DNA from: Cellvibrio sp.
GTDB lineage: Bacteria > Pseudomonadota > Gammaproteobacteria > Pseudomonadales > Cellvibrionaceae
Length of the DNA: 64,000 nt
Assembly: GCA_035565295.1 (NCBI GenBank)
Contig: DATMSP010000028.1
Coordinates: forward strand, 91,386-155,385
Direction: 5' to 3'
Shown: in pieces, positions 19,916-28,483 of the stretch
Position numbering within the stretch: the first letter of the stretch is position 1
Layout: each line of letters starts with the position of its first letter
Position numbers and translations under genes: made by a program
Notes under the pieces: generated by a model
Databases searched by the model: none
Told to the model about the DNA's origin: nothing
What the model saw: only the letters and a program-made list of their open reading frames with translations

Positions 19916-21337
19916 ATGAGCAAGATTCTAATTGTTGAAGATGAAACCATTATTCGCACCGCATTGCGCAAGCTGCTTGAGCGCAATCAGTACGAAGTCT
20001 GTGAAGCCCCCTCGGTCAAGGAGGCCACATCCAAATTTAACCTGAAGGATTTTGACCTGATTGTCAGCGACTTGCGCCTGCCCGGCGCACCGGGAACCGA
20101 CCTCATCAAGCTCGCCGGCGATACTCCCGTGCTGATTATGACCAGTTACGCCAGCTTGCGCTCAGCAGTAGACTCCATGCGCATGGGTGCCGTCGACTAT
20201 GTATCCAAGCCCTTTGATCACGATGAAATGGTCAACGCCGTCAAGCGCGTAATAGGCAAGGCCAAGGCCGCCAGCAAAATCGAACCCCAGGACCTGACCG
20301 CCAGTAAAGCCATCGCCGGTATGATCGGCAACAGCGATGTCATGCAGGATCTTTACAACCGCATCCATAAAGTGGCTCCCACAGCGGCCACAGTGCTTAT
20401 TCACGGTGAAACTGGCACAGGTAAGGAATTGGTGGCGCGCGCGCTCCACGAAGAGAGCCAGCGCAACAACCACCTGATGATCTCCGTCAACTGCGCTGCC
20501 ATTCCCGAAACCTTGATCGAATCGGAACTCTTCGGCCACGAAAAAGGGGCTTTCACCGGAGCAGCGTCCAATCGCGAAGGCCTGGTGGCCGCTGCGGATG
20601 GCGGCACACTTTTTCTCGATGAAATCGGTGAGTTACCCCTGGAAGCACAGGCTCGCCTGCTGCGCGTACTGCAGGAGGGCGAGGTTCGTCCGCTCGGCTC
20701 GGTTGAATCGCGCAAAGTCGATGTCAGACTGGTGGTGGCAACCCACCGCGACCTGCGCAAACTTGCCAAAGAGGGCAAATTCCGCGAAGACCTTTATTTC
20801 CGTATCAACGTAGTCCAGCTCACTCTGCCGCCCCTGCGCGAGCGCGGCCGGGATATCATCAATATCGCCGAATCCCTGTTACAGCGCTACTGCACCCAGT
20901 TTGGCAAGGCGCCTCTGCGCCTGTCACCCGATGCAGTAGATTCCATCATGGCCTATGAGTGGCCGGGCAATGTCCGCGAACTCGAAAATGCCATGCAGCG
21001 CGCCGTTATCCTCTGCGAGGACAGCAACGAAATCAGTTCCCAGCTACTTTCCATTGACTCTGATAGCAGCAGTATTGATCTCGGCGAAGGCACCAGCAGC
21101 CTGTTCGGCCAGGCCCGCACCCTCGCAGGCAACTCGCCGCTGATGGCTCCTGCCGATGGCAGTCAGGACCTCTCACTGGAAGACTACTTCCAACGCTTTG
21201 TGCTTGAACACCAAAACTCCATGAGCGAAACCGAGCTTGCCCGCAAACTGGGGGTCAGCCGCAAATGCCTGTGGGAAAGACGCCAGCGCCTGGGTATACC
21301 CCGCACCAAAAACAGTGCCATAGCCCCGGCAAAATAA
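19916..21337 (+). CDS. cbrB: Sigma54-dependent response regulator (CbrB)
   Basis: REC domain, GETGTGKE, GAFTGA, C-terminal LSLEDYFQRFVLEHQ..MSETELARKLGVSRKCLWERR. Confidence 0.94.
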   Translation: MSKILIVEDETIIRTALRKLLERNQYEVCEAPSVKEATSKFNLKDFDLIVSDLRLPGAPGTDLIKLAGDTPVLIMTSYASLRSAVDSMRMGAVDYVSKPFDHDEMVNAVKRVIGKAKAASKIEPQDLTASKAIAGMIGNSDVMQDLYNRIHKVAPTAATVLIHGETGTGKELVARALHEESQRNNHLMISVNCAAIPETLIESELFGHEKGAFTGAASNREGLVAAADGGTLFLDEIGELPLEAQARLLRVLQEGEVRPLGSVESRKVDVRLVVATHRDLRKLAKEGKFREDLYFRINVVQLTLPPLRERGRDIINIAESLLQRYCTQFGKAPLRLSPDAVDSIMAYEWPGNVRELENAMQRAVILCEDSNEISSQLLSIDSDSSSIDLGEGTSSLFGQARTLAGNSPLMAPADGSQDLSLEDYFQRFVLEHQNSMSETELARKLGVSRKCLWERRQRLGIPRTKNSAIAPAK

Positions 21338-21460
21338 CCAATCTGTTTCGCCAATAGCCATTGCCGAACACCTTCGCCCGCCTAAAAAACGAGCTGAAGG
21401 TGTCGCAAAGTGACGTTTTTTAAAGTCATAGGCCAACCCCAAGAATTTACCGCCAGTCTC

Positions 21461-21549
21461 GTTACCCCCGCACCCCCGATAAACTGTTACCGCACAAAAA
21501 AGTGTTACCTGAATCACAGATACGTAACAAACCTTCAGTAATTTGTAAC
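21461..21549 (+). promoter_or_regulatory. CbrB enhancer (TGTTAC/GTAACA half-sites)
   Basis: GTTAC 21461, TGTTAC 21485, TGTTAC 21503, GTAACA 21524, GTAAC 21545; matches CbrB subsites known upstream of Pseudomonas crcZ. Confidence 0.75.
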
Positions 21550-21592
21550 CCTTAGAAATAACAAAAAGTTATAAAAACACACACAAAAAAGC

Positions 21593-21605
21593 TAAGCAAT
21601 TGATT
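21593..21605 (-). promoter_or_regulatory. IHF site
   Basis: Reverse strand AATCAAttgcTTA matches WATCAANNNNTTR, between the enhancer and the sigma54 promoter. Confidence 0.7.
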
Positions 21606-21624
21606 TAAAAGATATTATTTTTTA

Positions 21625-21640
21625 TGGCACGCGAAGTGCT
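21625..21640 (+). promoter_or_regulatory. Sigma54 -24/-12 promoter
   Basis: TGGCACgcgaaGTGCT with GG-N10-GC spacing. Confidence 0.88.
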
Positions 21641-21650
21641 TTATATCGCT

Positions 21651-22066
21651 TATAAAACAACAAACAATAAAAACAATTTGATTAATACCCATAACAACAA
21701 TAAACAATAAGAAACAAAATAACGACATAACAACAATAAATAATAAGAACCAGAACGACCGAATAATAAAAACAATAAATAATAAAAAGAGAGCTATAAA
21801 AACAACAAGAATAAGAAATGGTAAGACTAGCTAACCATAACTATAAGAGCCGCTTTAAAGCAGCAAGATAAGACTGCATAAAGCACGAAAGGCTGGAGAA
21901 ACGAGTTTGCAAGACCAGCGTCCAAAATAAGAGCAATAAAAACACAAAAATAAAGCGGAAGACTGATTAGGCAGAGGATGGGAGAGCACAATAATACCCA
22001 TTAATGCTATATGGCACCTTTGTTGTGCTGCCCTCCGGACGGGAAAGCCAAAAGCTTTCCCGTTTT
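21651..22066 (+). ncRNA. CrcZ-like Hfq/Crc-sequestering sRNA
   Basis: Lies between cbrB and pcnB behind a sigma54 promoter, has many AANAANAA motifs and no credible ORF, and ends in a terminator; 5' end estimated from the -12 element. Confidence 0.8.
22039..22066 (+). terminator. Intrinsic terminator of the sRNA
   Basis: acgggaaagc-caaaa-gctttcccgt-ttt. Confidence 0.8.
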
Positions 22067-22297
22067 CATTCGCGCCATCCATGGCGCTCACCCCTGCGGG
22101 GCAGCCCTGAAGGGCTGTGCAAAATGGCTTTCCTGCCATTTTGTCATTCGCAAGAAACACCATCCATGGCGCTCACCCCTAAAGGCTGTGCAAAATGGCT
22201 TTCCTCGGCTCAGGCTCCTGCTTCGCTCTACCTTCTGCATCCATGCAGTCGTGCCATTTTGTCATTCGCAAACTTGCCATCCATGGTCAATCTTGCG
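22066..22297. repeat. Tandem hairpin-rich repeat units (2 full plus 1 partial) with a nested 47-bp insert
   Basis: Units start tcattcgc at 22066, 22144 and 22262; units 1 and 2 share ccatccatggcgctcacccct and ggctgtgcaaaatggctttcct...gccattttgtc. Confidence 0.85.
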
Positions 22298-22304
22298 GGC
22301 AATC

Positions 22305-22430
22305 GTAGGGCGGGTCATTTGACGCGCGCGGGATCTTCACGGGCGCGCTATAGGTGTTTGTGGTTCTATGTTGCGGCTTTGCGATCTGGAATCTGGCGCG
22401 CGGGTTACACCTTTGGCTAACCCGCCCTAC
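22305..22430. repeat. Inverted GTAG-family REP pair (REPIN-like)
   Basis: GTAGGGCGGGTCA...GACGCGC on + and GTAGGGCGGGTTAGCCAAAGGTGTAACCCGC on -. Confidence 0.8.
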
Positions 22431-22533
22431 GGGGTGGGCAAAATGGTAGAGTGATAGGTTTCCAAGAATGCATCTGCTACACTCGGCATTTAAACATCTG
22501 CCGTTTCTTTTTATTCACCTGCGCTATGACACT

Positions 22534-23901
22534 ATGCTGAAACGTTTACTTAACTTTATCTCTTCCCGCCAGCCCAGTGCAAAACCGACATTACCGCTGC
22601 TGATCCCTCGCGACCAACATAATATTTCGCGCAAAAACATCAGCTCGGCGGCCATTAAAATTATTAAGCAGTTGAATGATTCCGGCTATGAGGCCTATCT
22701 GGTAGGAGGCGGGGTACGCGATTTATTGCTGGGCGGTCACCCTAAGGATTTTGATGTAGCCACCAATGCCAAACCGGAAGAGGTCAGGCGCCTGTTTCGC
22801 GGCGCGCGCATTATCGGGCGGCGGTTTCAGATTGTGCATGTGCGCATTGGCCGCGAAGTGATAGAGGTGACGACCTTTCGCGGTCATCACGAAGAGGGCT
22901 CCAGCCATGCGCGCTCGGATGAAGGTATGCTGCTGCGTGACAATGTCTATGGCACTCTCGAAACAGATGCTGTGCGCAGGGATTTTACCGTTAACGCGCT
23001 CTATTACACACTCAAGGACTTTGCCGTACTGGATTACTGCAATGGCCTGGAAGATATCAAAAACCGCACTCTGCGTATTATTGGCGACCCGGCAACGCGC
23101 TACAAAGAAGACCCTGTCCGCATGCTCCGCGCAGTGCGCTTTGCTGCCAAGCTCGGCTTCAAGATAGAGCCGAATACCGCAAAACCCATCACCGAATTGG
23201 CTGGATTACTGGCCAATATCTCGGAAGCGCGCCTGTTTGAAGAAGTGCTAAAGTTGTTTTTAAGCGGCTCAGCCACAGCGACATTTACGCTGATGCGCGA
23301 CTATGATTTGCTCAAGCAGCTATTTCCCGGCGCCGATGCAGCATTGAAGGCTGGCGATACACTGGGCGCAAACCTGATTGAACAGTCGATGATCAATACG
23401 GATAAACGCCTGCGCGCAGACAAAACCGTAACCCCTGCCTTTATTTTTGCCGCACTGCTATGGCCGGCATTGCAGCGCGAGCAAAAAGCACTGAGCACAT
23501 CTATGCCACCACAGGCAGCCTATTTACAGGCAGCGCAAAATGTTATCAGTCAACAGCTGACACGCACCTCTATCCCCAAACGTTTCCTTATTCCCATGCG
23601 CGAAATCTGGGATTTGCAATATCGCCTTCCCGGCCGCCAGGGGTTGCGCGCCCTGCGCCTGATGGATCACCCACGCTTTCGCGCGGCCTATGATTTTTTA
23701 TTGATGCGCGAAGACGCAGGAGAGGATTTGCAGGGCCTGGGTGGCTGGTGGACCAGTTTCCAGAGCGCAAATGATGAAGTACGCGAGCAAATGGTAAAAA
23801 ACCTGGGCAAACAAAACGCGAGCAGCAGACCTCGCCGTCGCGGACCGCGCAAGCCTAAGGCAGAGGGCGCAGCCCCTGTCGGCCACAATCAAGCAGAATA
23901 G
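22534..23901 (+). CDS. pcnB: Poly(A) polymerase I
   Basis: LVGGGVRDLLLG..PKDFDVAT, IIGRRF, EDPVRMLRA, HPRFRAAYDFL. Confidence 0.96.
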   Translation: MLKRLLNFISSRQPSAKPTLPLLIPRDQHNISRKNISSAAIKIIKQLNDSGYEAYLVGGGVRDLLLGGHPKDFDVATNAKPEEVRRLFRGARIIGRRFQIVHVRIGREVIEVTTFRGHHEEGSSHARSDEGMLLRDNVYGTLETDAVRRDFTVNALYYTLKDFAVLDYCNGLEDIKNRTLRIIGDPATRYKEDPVRMLRAVRFAAKLGFKIEPNTAKPITELAGLLANISEARLFEEVLKLFLSGSATATFTLMRDYDLLKQLFPGADAALKAGDTLGANLIEQSMINTDKRLRADKTVTPAFIFAALLWPALQREQKALSTSMPPQAAYLQAAQNVISQQLTRTSIPKRFLIPMREIWDLQYRLPGRQGLRALRLMDHPRFRAAYDFLLMREDAGEDLQGLGGWWTSFQSANDEVREQMVKNLGKQNASSRPRRRGPRKPKAEGAAPVGHNQAE

Positions 23902-23902
23902 T

Positions 23903-24385
23903 ATGATCCTCGCCTATATTGGCCTCGGCAGCAACCTCGACAATCCGCGGCAACAGATTGAACGTGCATTTGTCGAGCTGGATGCTATTGCCGACAGTCG
24001 ACTGATCGCCCGCTCTGCGCTCTACAGCAGCAAGGCTGTAGGCCCAGGGCAACAGCCTGACTATATCAATGCGGTCGCACTTGTCTCCACTCAACTGAAT
24101 CCGCTCGCGCTGCTCGATGCCCTTCAGGCTATAGAGCAGGCACACCAGCGCGTTCGCATAGAGCACTGGGGACCGCGTACCCTGGATTTGGATCTCTTGC
24201 TGTACGGAGAGCAGACCATCGCTGACACGCGCCTGCAAGTCCCCCACCCCTATCTCAGCCAACGCAATTTTGTGCTCTATCCGCTGGCGGATATTGCACC
24301 CGATCTCATATTGCCGGACGGCAGATCCTTGGGCAGCCTGCTGGAGCTTTGCCCGCCGGCTGAACTTGAGCGCCTGGAATCATAA
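23903..24385 (+). CDS. folK: 2-amino-4-hydroxy-6-hydroxymethyldihydropteridine diphosphokinase
   Basis: AYIGLGSNL, WGPRTLDLDLL, VPHP. Confidence 0.97.
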   Translation: MILAYIGLGSNLDNPRQQIERAFVELDAIADSRLIARSALYSSKAVGPGQQPDYINAVALVSTQLNPLALLDALQAIEQAHQRVRIEHWGPRTLDLDLLLYGEQTIADTRLQVPHPYLSQRNFVLYPLADIAPDLILPDGRSLGSLLELCPPAELERLES

Positions 24386-24396
24386 AGGAGCCCCGC

Positions 24397-25080
24397 GTGA
24401 ATCCCATAGTTGAAGATTTATCCCTCGACTTGCAGAATGTCCAACTTCCTCGCTATATCGCTGTAGAAGGATGTATTGGTGTAGGTAAAACCACCCTTGC
24501 CCGCAATATTGCCCACCTGTTCAACTACGATATGCTGCTGGAGCAACCGGAAGAAAACCCTTTTCTCGCACGCTTCTACCAAGACCCAAAATCAACCGCA
24601 CTTCCCACACAACTGTTCTTTTTATTCCAACGCGCCAAGCAACTTCAGAGCCTCCGTCAGGGCGATATCTTTGAGCCTGTGCGGGTGGCCGACTTTCTGA
24701 TGGAAAAAGATCAATTGTTCGCCCGCGTGACCCTCGACGATGATGAACTGAACATTTATCGCCAGGTATACGATAAACTCCTGATTGATGCCCCGCGCCC
24801 CGACCTGGTCATCTATCTGCAAGCCCCACTCGATGTGCTCGCCGACCGGATTCGCCAGCGCGGTATTGCCAGCGAGCAAAATATCAGCCTCGACTATTTG
24901 AAAGTCCTGAACGATACCTATACCGAATTCTTCCACTATTACGACAGCGCGCCCCTGCTGATAGTCAACGCCAAGGATTTAAACCTGGCCAACAATCGCG
25001 AGCACTTCAAGCAGCTGGTAGAATATATCCTGACCATCAAAAGTGGCCGTCACTATTACAACCCTACACCCATGCTATAG
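24397..25080 (+). CDS. Deoxynucleoside kinase
   Basis: IAVEGCIGVGKTT, PDLVIYLQA. Confidence 0.92.
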   Translation: MNPIVEDLSLDLQNVQLPRYIAVEGCIGVGKTTLARNIAHLFNYDMLLEQPEENPFLARFYQDPKSTALPTQLFFLFQRAKQLQSLRQGDIFEPVRVADFLMEKDQLFARVTLDDDELNIYRQVYDKLLIDAPRPDLVIYLQAPLDVLADRIRQRGIASEQNISLDYLKVLNDTYTEFFHYYDSAPLLIVNAKDLNLANNREHFKQLVEYILTIKSGRHYYNPTPML

Positions 25081-25123
25081 GATTCCAGCTACTGCCAATC
25101 CCTAGCCGCCCAGCGAGTAGACT

Positions 25124-25963
25124 ATGACCTACCCAACCATTAGCAGCACCTCGACCAGCAACAGCGAGCTGAACAAAGCCATTACTATTAACACGCTTTA
25201 CAAGCTCAAAAAAAATCGTGAAAAATTTGTGGTGATCTCGCTTTATGATGCCCATATGGCCCATATGGCACAGCGCTGCGGAGTGGAAGTCGTGCTGGTC
25301 GGCGATTCGCTGGGCATGACCGTATTGGGCTATGACAGCACCATTCCGGTTACGATGGAACATATGATTTATCACGTAGAGGCCGTCGCGCGCGGCAATA
25401 AAAAATCGCTGTTGATCGGCGACCTGCCGTTTATGACTTATGCCACACCCGCAGATGCACTGCGCAATTCCATGCGTATTATGCAGGCGGGAGCCCAAAT
25501 GGTAAAAATCGAAGGCGGGGAGTGGCTGGCAGAAACTGTGCGCATGCTGTCTGAGCGCGGTATTCCCGTGTGCACACACCTCGGCCTCACCCCGCAGTCG
25601 GTCAATAAATTCGGCGGCTATCGCGTGCAGGGCCGCGAACAGGCAGAGGCCGATAAAATGTTGGCCGATGCTAAATTATTAGCTGAGGCTGGTGCTGATT
25701 TACTGGTGCTGGAATGTGTGCCGGCAAGCCTTGCCGCACGTATTACTGAAGCCCTGCCCATCCCCACCATAGGCATAGGCGCAGGCAGGGATACGGATGC
25801 ACAGGTACTGGTTATCAACGATATCCTCGGCCTGACTGAGCAGCCCCCCAAATTTTCAAAAAACTTTTTGCTGGAGAGCCAGGATATAGCGGGAGCCATG
25901 CAAAAATACGTGGCCGATGTAAAGACCGGCACCTTTCCCGGCGATGACAATATCTTTATTTAA
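25124..25963 (+). CDS. panB: 3-methyl-2-oxobutanoate hydroxymethyltransferase
   Basis: LVGDSLGM, KIEGG, HLGLTPQS, IGIGAG. Confidence 0.97.
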   Translation: MTYPTISSTSTSNSELNKAITINTLYKLKKNREKFVVISLYDAHMAHMAQRCGVEVVLVGDSLGMTVLGYDSTIPVTMEHMIYHVEAVARGNKKSLLIGDLPFMTYATPADALRNSMRIMQAGAQMVKIEGGEWLAETVRMLSERGIPVCTHLGLTPQSVNKFGGYRVQGREQAEADKMLADAKLLAEAGADLLVLECVPASLAARITEALPIPTIGIGAGRDTDAQVLVINDILGLTEQPPKFSKNFLLESQDIAGAMQKYVADVKTGTFPGDDNIFI

Positions 25964-25975
25964 CACGCACAAAAA

Positions 25976-25997
25976 AGCCGGTGCTGTTAACACCGGC
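25976..25997. terminator. Terminator hairpin between convergent genes
   Basis: gccggtg...caccggc preceded by an A-run (U-tail on the - strand). Confidence 0.6.
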
Positions 25998-26212
25998 CAA
26001 AGACCATACTAGAGAAAAAACAAACGGATTTCCAACTGGGCGAATTCTGCATTCACTCCCACCTGACTAAAATCCTACACACAAAGGATCTTGTTCAGTA
26101 ACTTAAGTATTATCGCTAACGGGATATTTGCCAGTACCGTTATTCCACTTTTTAAATTATTTAGTGCTAAAGCAAGCCAGAACATTAAAAAAAATTATAA
26201 TAGTCGCCTTTA

Positions 26213-26542
26213 TCAACGCAACGGCAAAGCCACTACATCATTGATCAATATCTCCAGCCGCGCTGCGGTAGTGGAACGCAGCACATGTTCATCCAGCAGC
26301 TTGCGCAACTTGTTCAGCTTGGGGCGCGCCAGGCGAAATTCATGGGTAATGGGCTCCCAGTCCAAATCATGATCCTGAACGCTCAGCTTACTCAACTCCG
26401 ACAACTCCAGGTTTACCGCGCTGATCAGGTCATAGAAAAAATCCTTGCGATCAATTTTAGACGACTCCCAATAGGCTTGGTCCAACCCTCCCAATAGCTC
26501 TTCAAGCAGATTAACAACCCTGGCAATACTGGTAACAGCCAT
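26213..26542 (-). CDS. Hypothetical helical protein
   Basis: 109-aa ORF with GAGG RBS and protein-like composition. Confidence 0.75.
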   Translation of the reverse strand: MAVTSIARVVNLLEELLGGLDQAYWESSKIDRKDFFYDLISAVNLELSELSKLSVQDHDLDWEPITHEFRLARPKLNKLRKLLDEHVLRSTTAARLEILINDVVALPLR

Positions 26543-26827
26543 AACTCACCTCTTGGTTTTCAATAATTTCACCAAGTATAGGAGATATTCTGGATTCAAC
26601 CTGTTGCTCGCACAGCAATTGCAAAGCTGTTCGCGAAGGCTTTCTTCGCTCCCACATTTATAGTCCCAATACAAAACCTGGCCAACAGAGACCGTCCTGA
26701 GCAGGAAAAATATTTCGCACACAGCAAGCTGCGGGAATATCCGAGAAATAATAACAAACGCACAAAATACCCTAGCCCAGGCAGGATAGTCTCGGATAAT
26801 ATGGCCAGCTGTTTTGATGAGCCTGCC

Positions 26828-27448
26828 ATGTCCATAGCCGATTTCACACTATTCCTGTCAATCACCTTTGTGGTCTCTGCCAGCCCCGGCCCTGTGATGC
26901 TGTCCTGCATGAGCAATGGTGGACGCTACGGCATGGCCAAAGCAATAGAAGGAATGGTGGGTGCAAGCCTGGGAAACCTGTGTCTGGTAGCTCTCTCTGC
27001 CATTGGCCTCGGGCTGATCGTCAGCAGCAATGATCTGCTGTTTAACAGTATCAAATGGCTCGGGGCATTTTATTTGGTCTACCTGGGCATACAACTCATT
27101 CGCCAGCCTGTCCTCAGCGTTGAACTTGGCAATGCCACTGTCAATCCTTCGCGAGCGATATGGTTGAGTTCTTTTTTGATTGCGGTCAGCAACCCTAAAG
27201 GATTTATTTACTTTGGTGCTTTGTTTCCGCAATTTATTGCCTATGACCAGCCGCTAACGCTGCAATTTGGTTTGCTCACCATTACATTTCTGCTCACCGA
27301 TATGATATGGATGCTGGCCTACGCTGCACTGGGCAAACAGATTATGGCCTGGTTGAAAACGCCCAAACACCAGAAATTGTTTAATATTACTTCCGGGCTG
27401 GCATTAGTGATTGCCGGGCTGCTTGTTGCCATTACAGGAAAACATTAA
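26828..27448 (+). CDS. LysE/RhtB-family translocator
   Basis: SPGP, KWLGAFYLVYLG, SNPKG..F..FPQF. Confidence 0.92.
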   Translation: MSIADFTLFLSITFVVSASPGPVMLSCMSNGGRYGMAKAIEGMVGASLGNLCLVALSAIGLGLIVSSNDLLFNSIKWLGAFYLVYLGIQLIRQPVLSVELGNATVNPSRAIWLSSFLIAVSNPKGFIYFGALFPQFIAYDQPLTLQFGLLTITFLLTDMIWMLAYAALGKQIMAWLKTPKHQKLFNITSGLALVIAGLLVAITGKH

Positions 27449-27450
27449 TT

Positions 27451-27930
27451 ATGCAAAAAGCGTTACTGATCAGCACCACCGCACTGATTTCCATAGCCGC
27501 CGATCAATTTACCAAATATCTCGCCAACCAGTATTTGATAGGTCGCGAGGCTATTTCTTATTTCAATGATTTTTTTGTGCTGAGCTATCACATTAACCAC
27601 GGCGCATTCCTGAGCCTGGGCAGCACCCTGCCCGAGCATCTCCGCACGTTGATCTTTAGCGTGCTGGTGGGAATTTTTTTAGTGGGATTCACTATCTATG
27701 CCCTGCGCAACCAGGCTTTTACCCGCTGGCATAATATTGCCTGCGGCCTGATTCTGAGTGGCGGTTTCAGCAATCTCTATGATCGCATTACCAATAATGG
27801 TGGAGTTGTGGATTTTATGATTATGGGAATCGGCAATGTGCACACAGGCGTTTTCAATGTGGCGGATATGGCGATCATGGCAGGCACCTTCCTGCTGATT
27901 TTCTACACCGCTAAAACGCCGGAAAAATAA
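27451..27930 (+). CDS. lspA: Lipoprotein signal peptidase II (probable paralog)
   Basis: ADQFTK, NHGAF, GGFSNLYDR, VVDF, FNVAD. Confidence 0.9.
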   Translation: MQKALLISTTALISIAADQFTKYLANQYLIGREAISYFNDFFVLSYHINHGAFLSLGSTLPEHLRTLIFSVLVGIFLVGFTIYALRNQAFTRWHNIACGLILSGGFSNLYDRITNNGGVVDFMIMGIGNVHTGVFNVADMAIMAGTFLLIFYTAKTPEK

Positions 27931-27947
27931 TAGGGGGGGGAATCCCC

Positions 27948-28424
27948 CTAATGCGATAGTGAATCGCGCAGTGACAGCAAGCTCTGTGCAACATCTGAAC
28001 CCGCCTGCGAATAGCGGATACCCTGCTGGACAAACTGTTTTGCCAGTTGGGTATTGGCGAGCTGGACATAACTCTGCGCGAGCACCAGATAGAGTTCAGC
28101 AGCGCGGCGATCAATTCGCAGTCCCCGCTCAGCGGTTGCCACTGCCGCGGAGTAATTTTTTGCAGCGTATTGTCCGCGCGCCTGAGTGATCAGGCTTGCC
28201 ACCGCATTGCCAACCGGCGCTACAGCTTTTGTCTGGGGAGTGACTGGCGATGGAGCAACCGGCACAGGAGGCTTTACCGGTGTTTGTATTTCGGGCTTGG
28301 CAACGGGCTCCGATTTTTCAATCACCGGTGGCTCTGATTGCTGCTGTGTATGGGTAGCACAGCCCGTCAGCTGGAAAAGCACCCCCAGCAATATCATCAC
28401 CCACAAATGTCTTTTCACTATCAA
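27948..28424 (-). CDS. TPR lipoprotein, LpoP-like PBP1b activator
   Basis: LTGC lipobox, Pro-rich linker, C-terminal TPR (AERGLRID); directly downstream of mrcB. Confidence 0.75.
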   Translation of the reverse strand: MIVKRHLWVMILLGVLFQLTGCATHTQQQSEPPVIEKSEPVAKPEIQTPVKPPVPVAPSPVTPQTKAVAPVGNAVASLITQARGQYAAKNYSAAVATAERGLRIDRRAAELYLVLAQSYVQLANTQLAKQFVQQGIRYSQAGSDVAQSLLSLRDSLSH

Positions 28425-28483
28425 GTCCGCCTAACCTTTAATATAGATATTATATTTATTGCTACAGGAGTTTACTTTACCCC

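Noticed and set aside
21655-22300. Possible CRISPR array
   Set aside because: No constant repeat with unique, regular spacers and no cas genes; explained by sRNA motifs and hairpin elements
21855-22420. ORFs of 102-138 aa across the sRNA end and repeats
   Set aside because: They are translations of palindromic repeats, with no RBS or protein-like features
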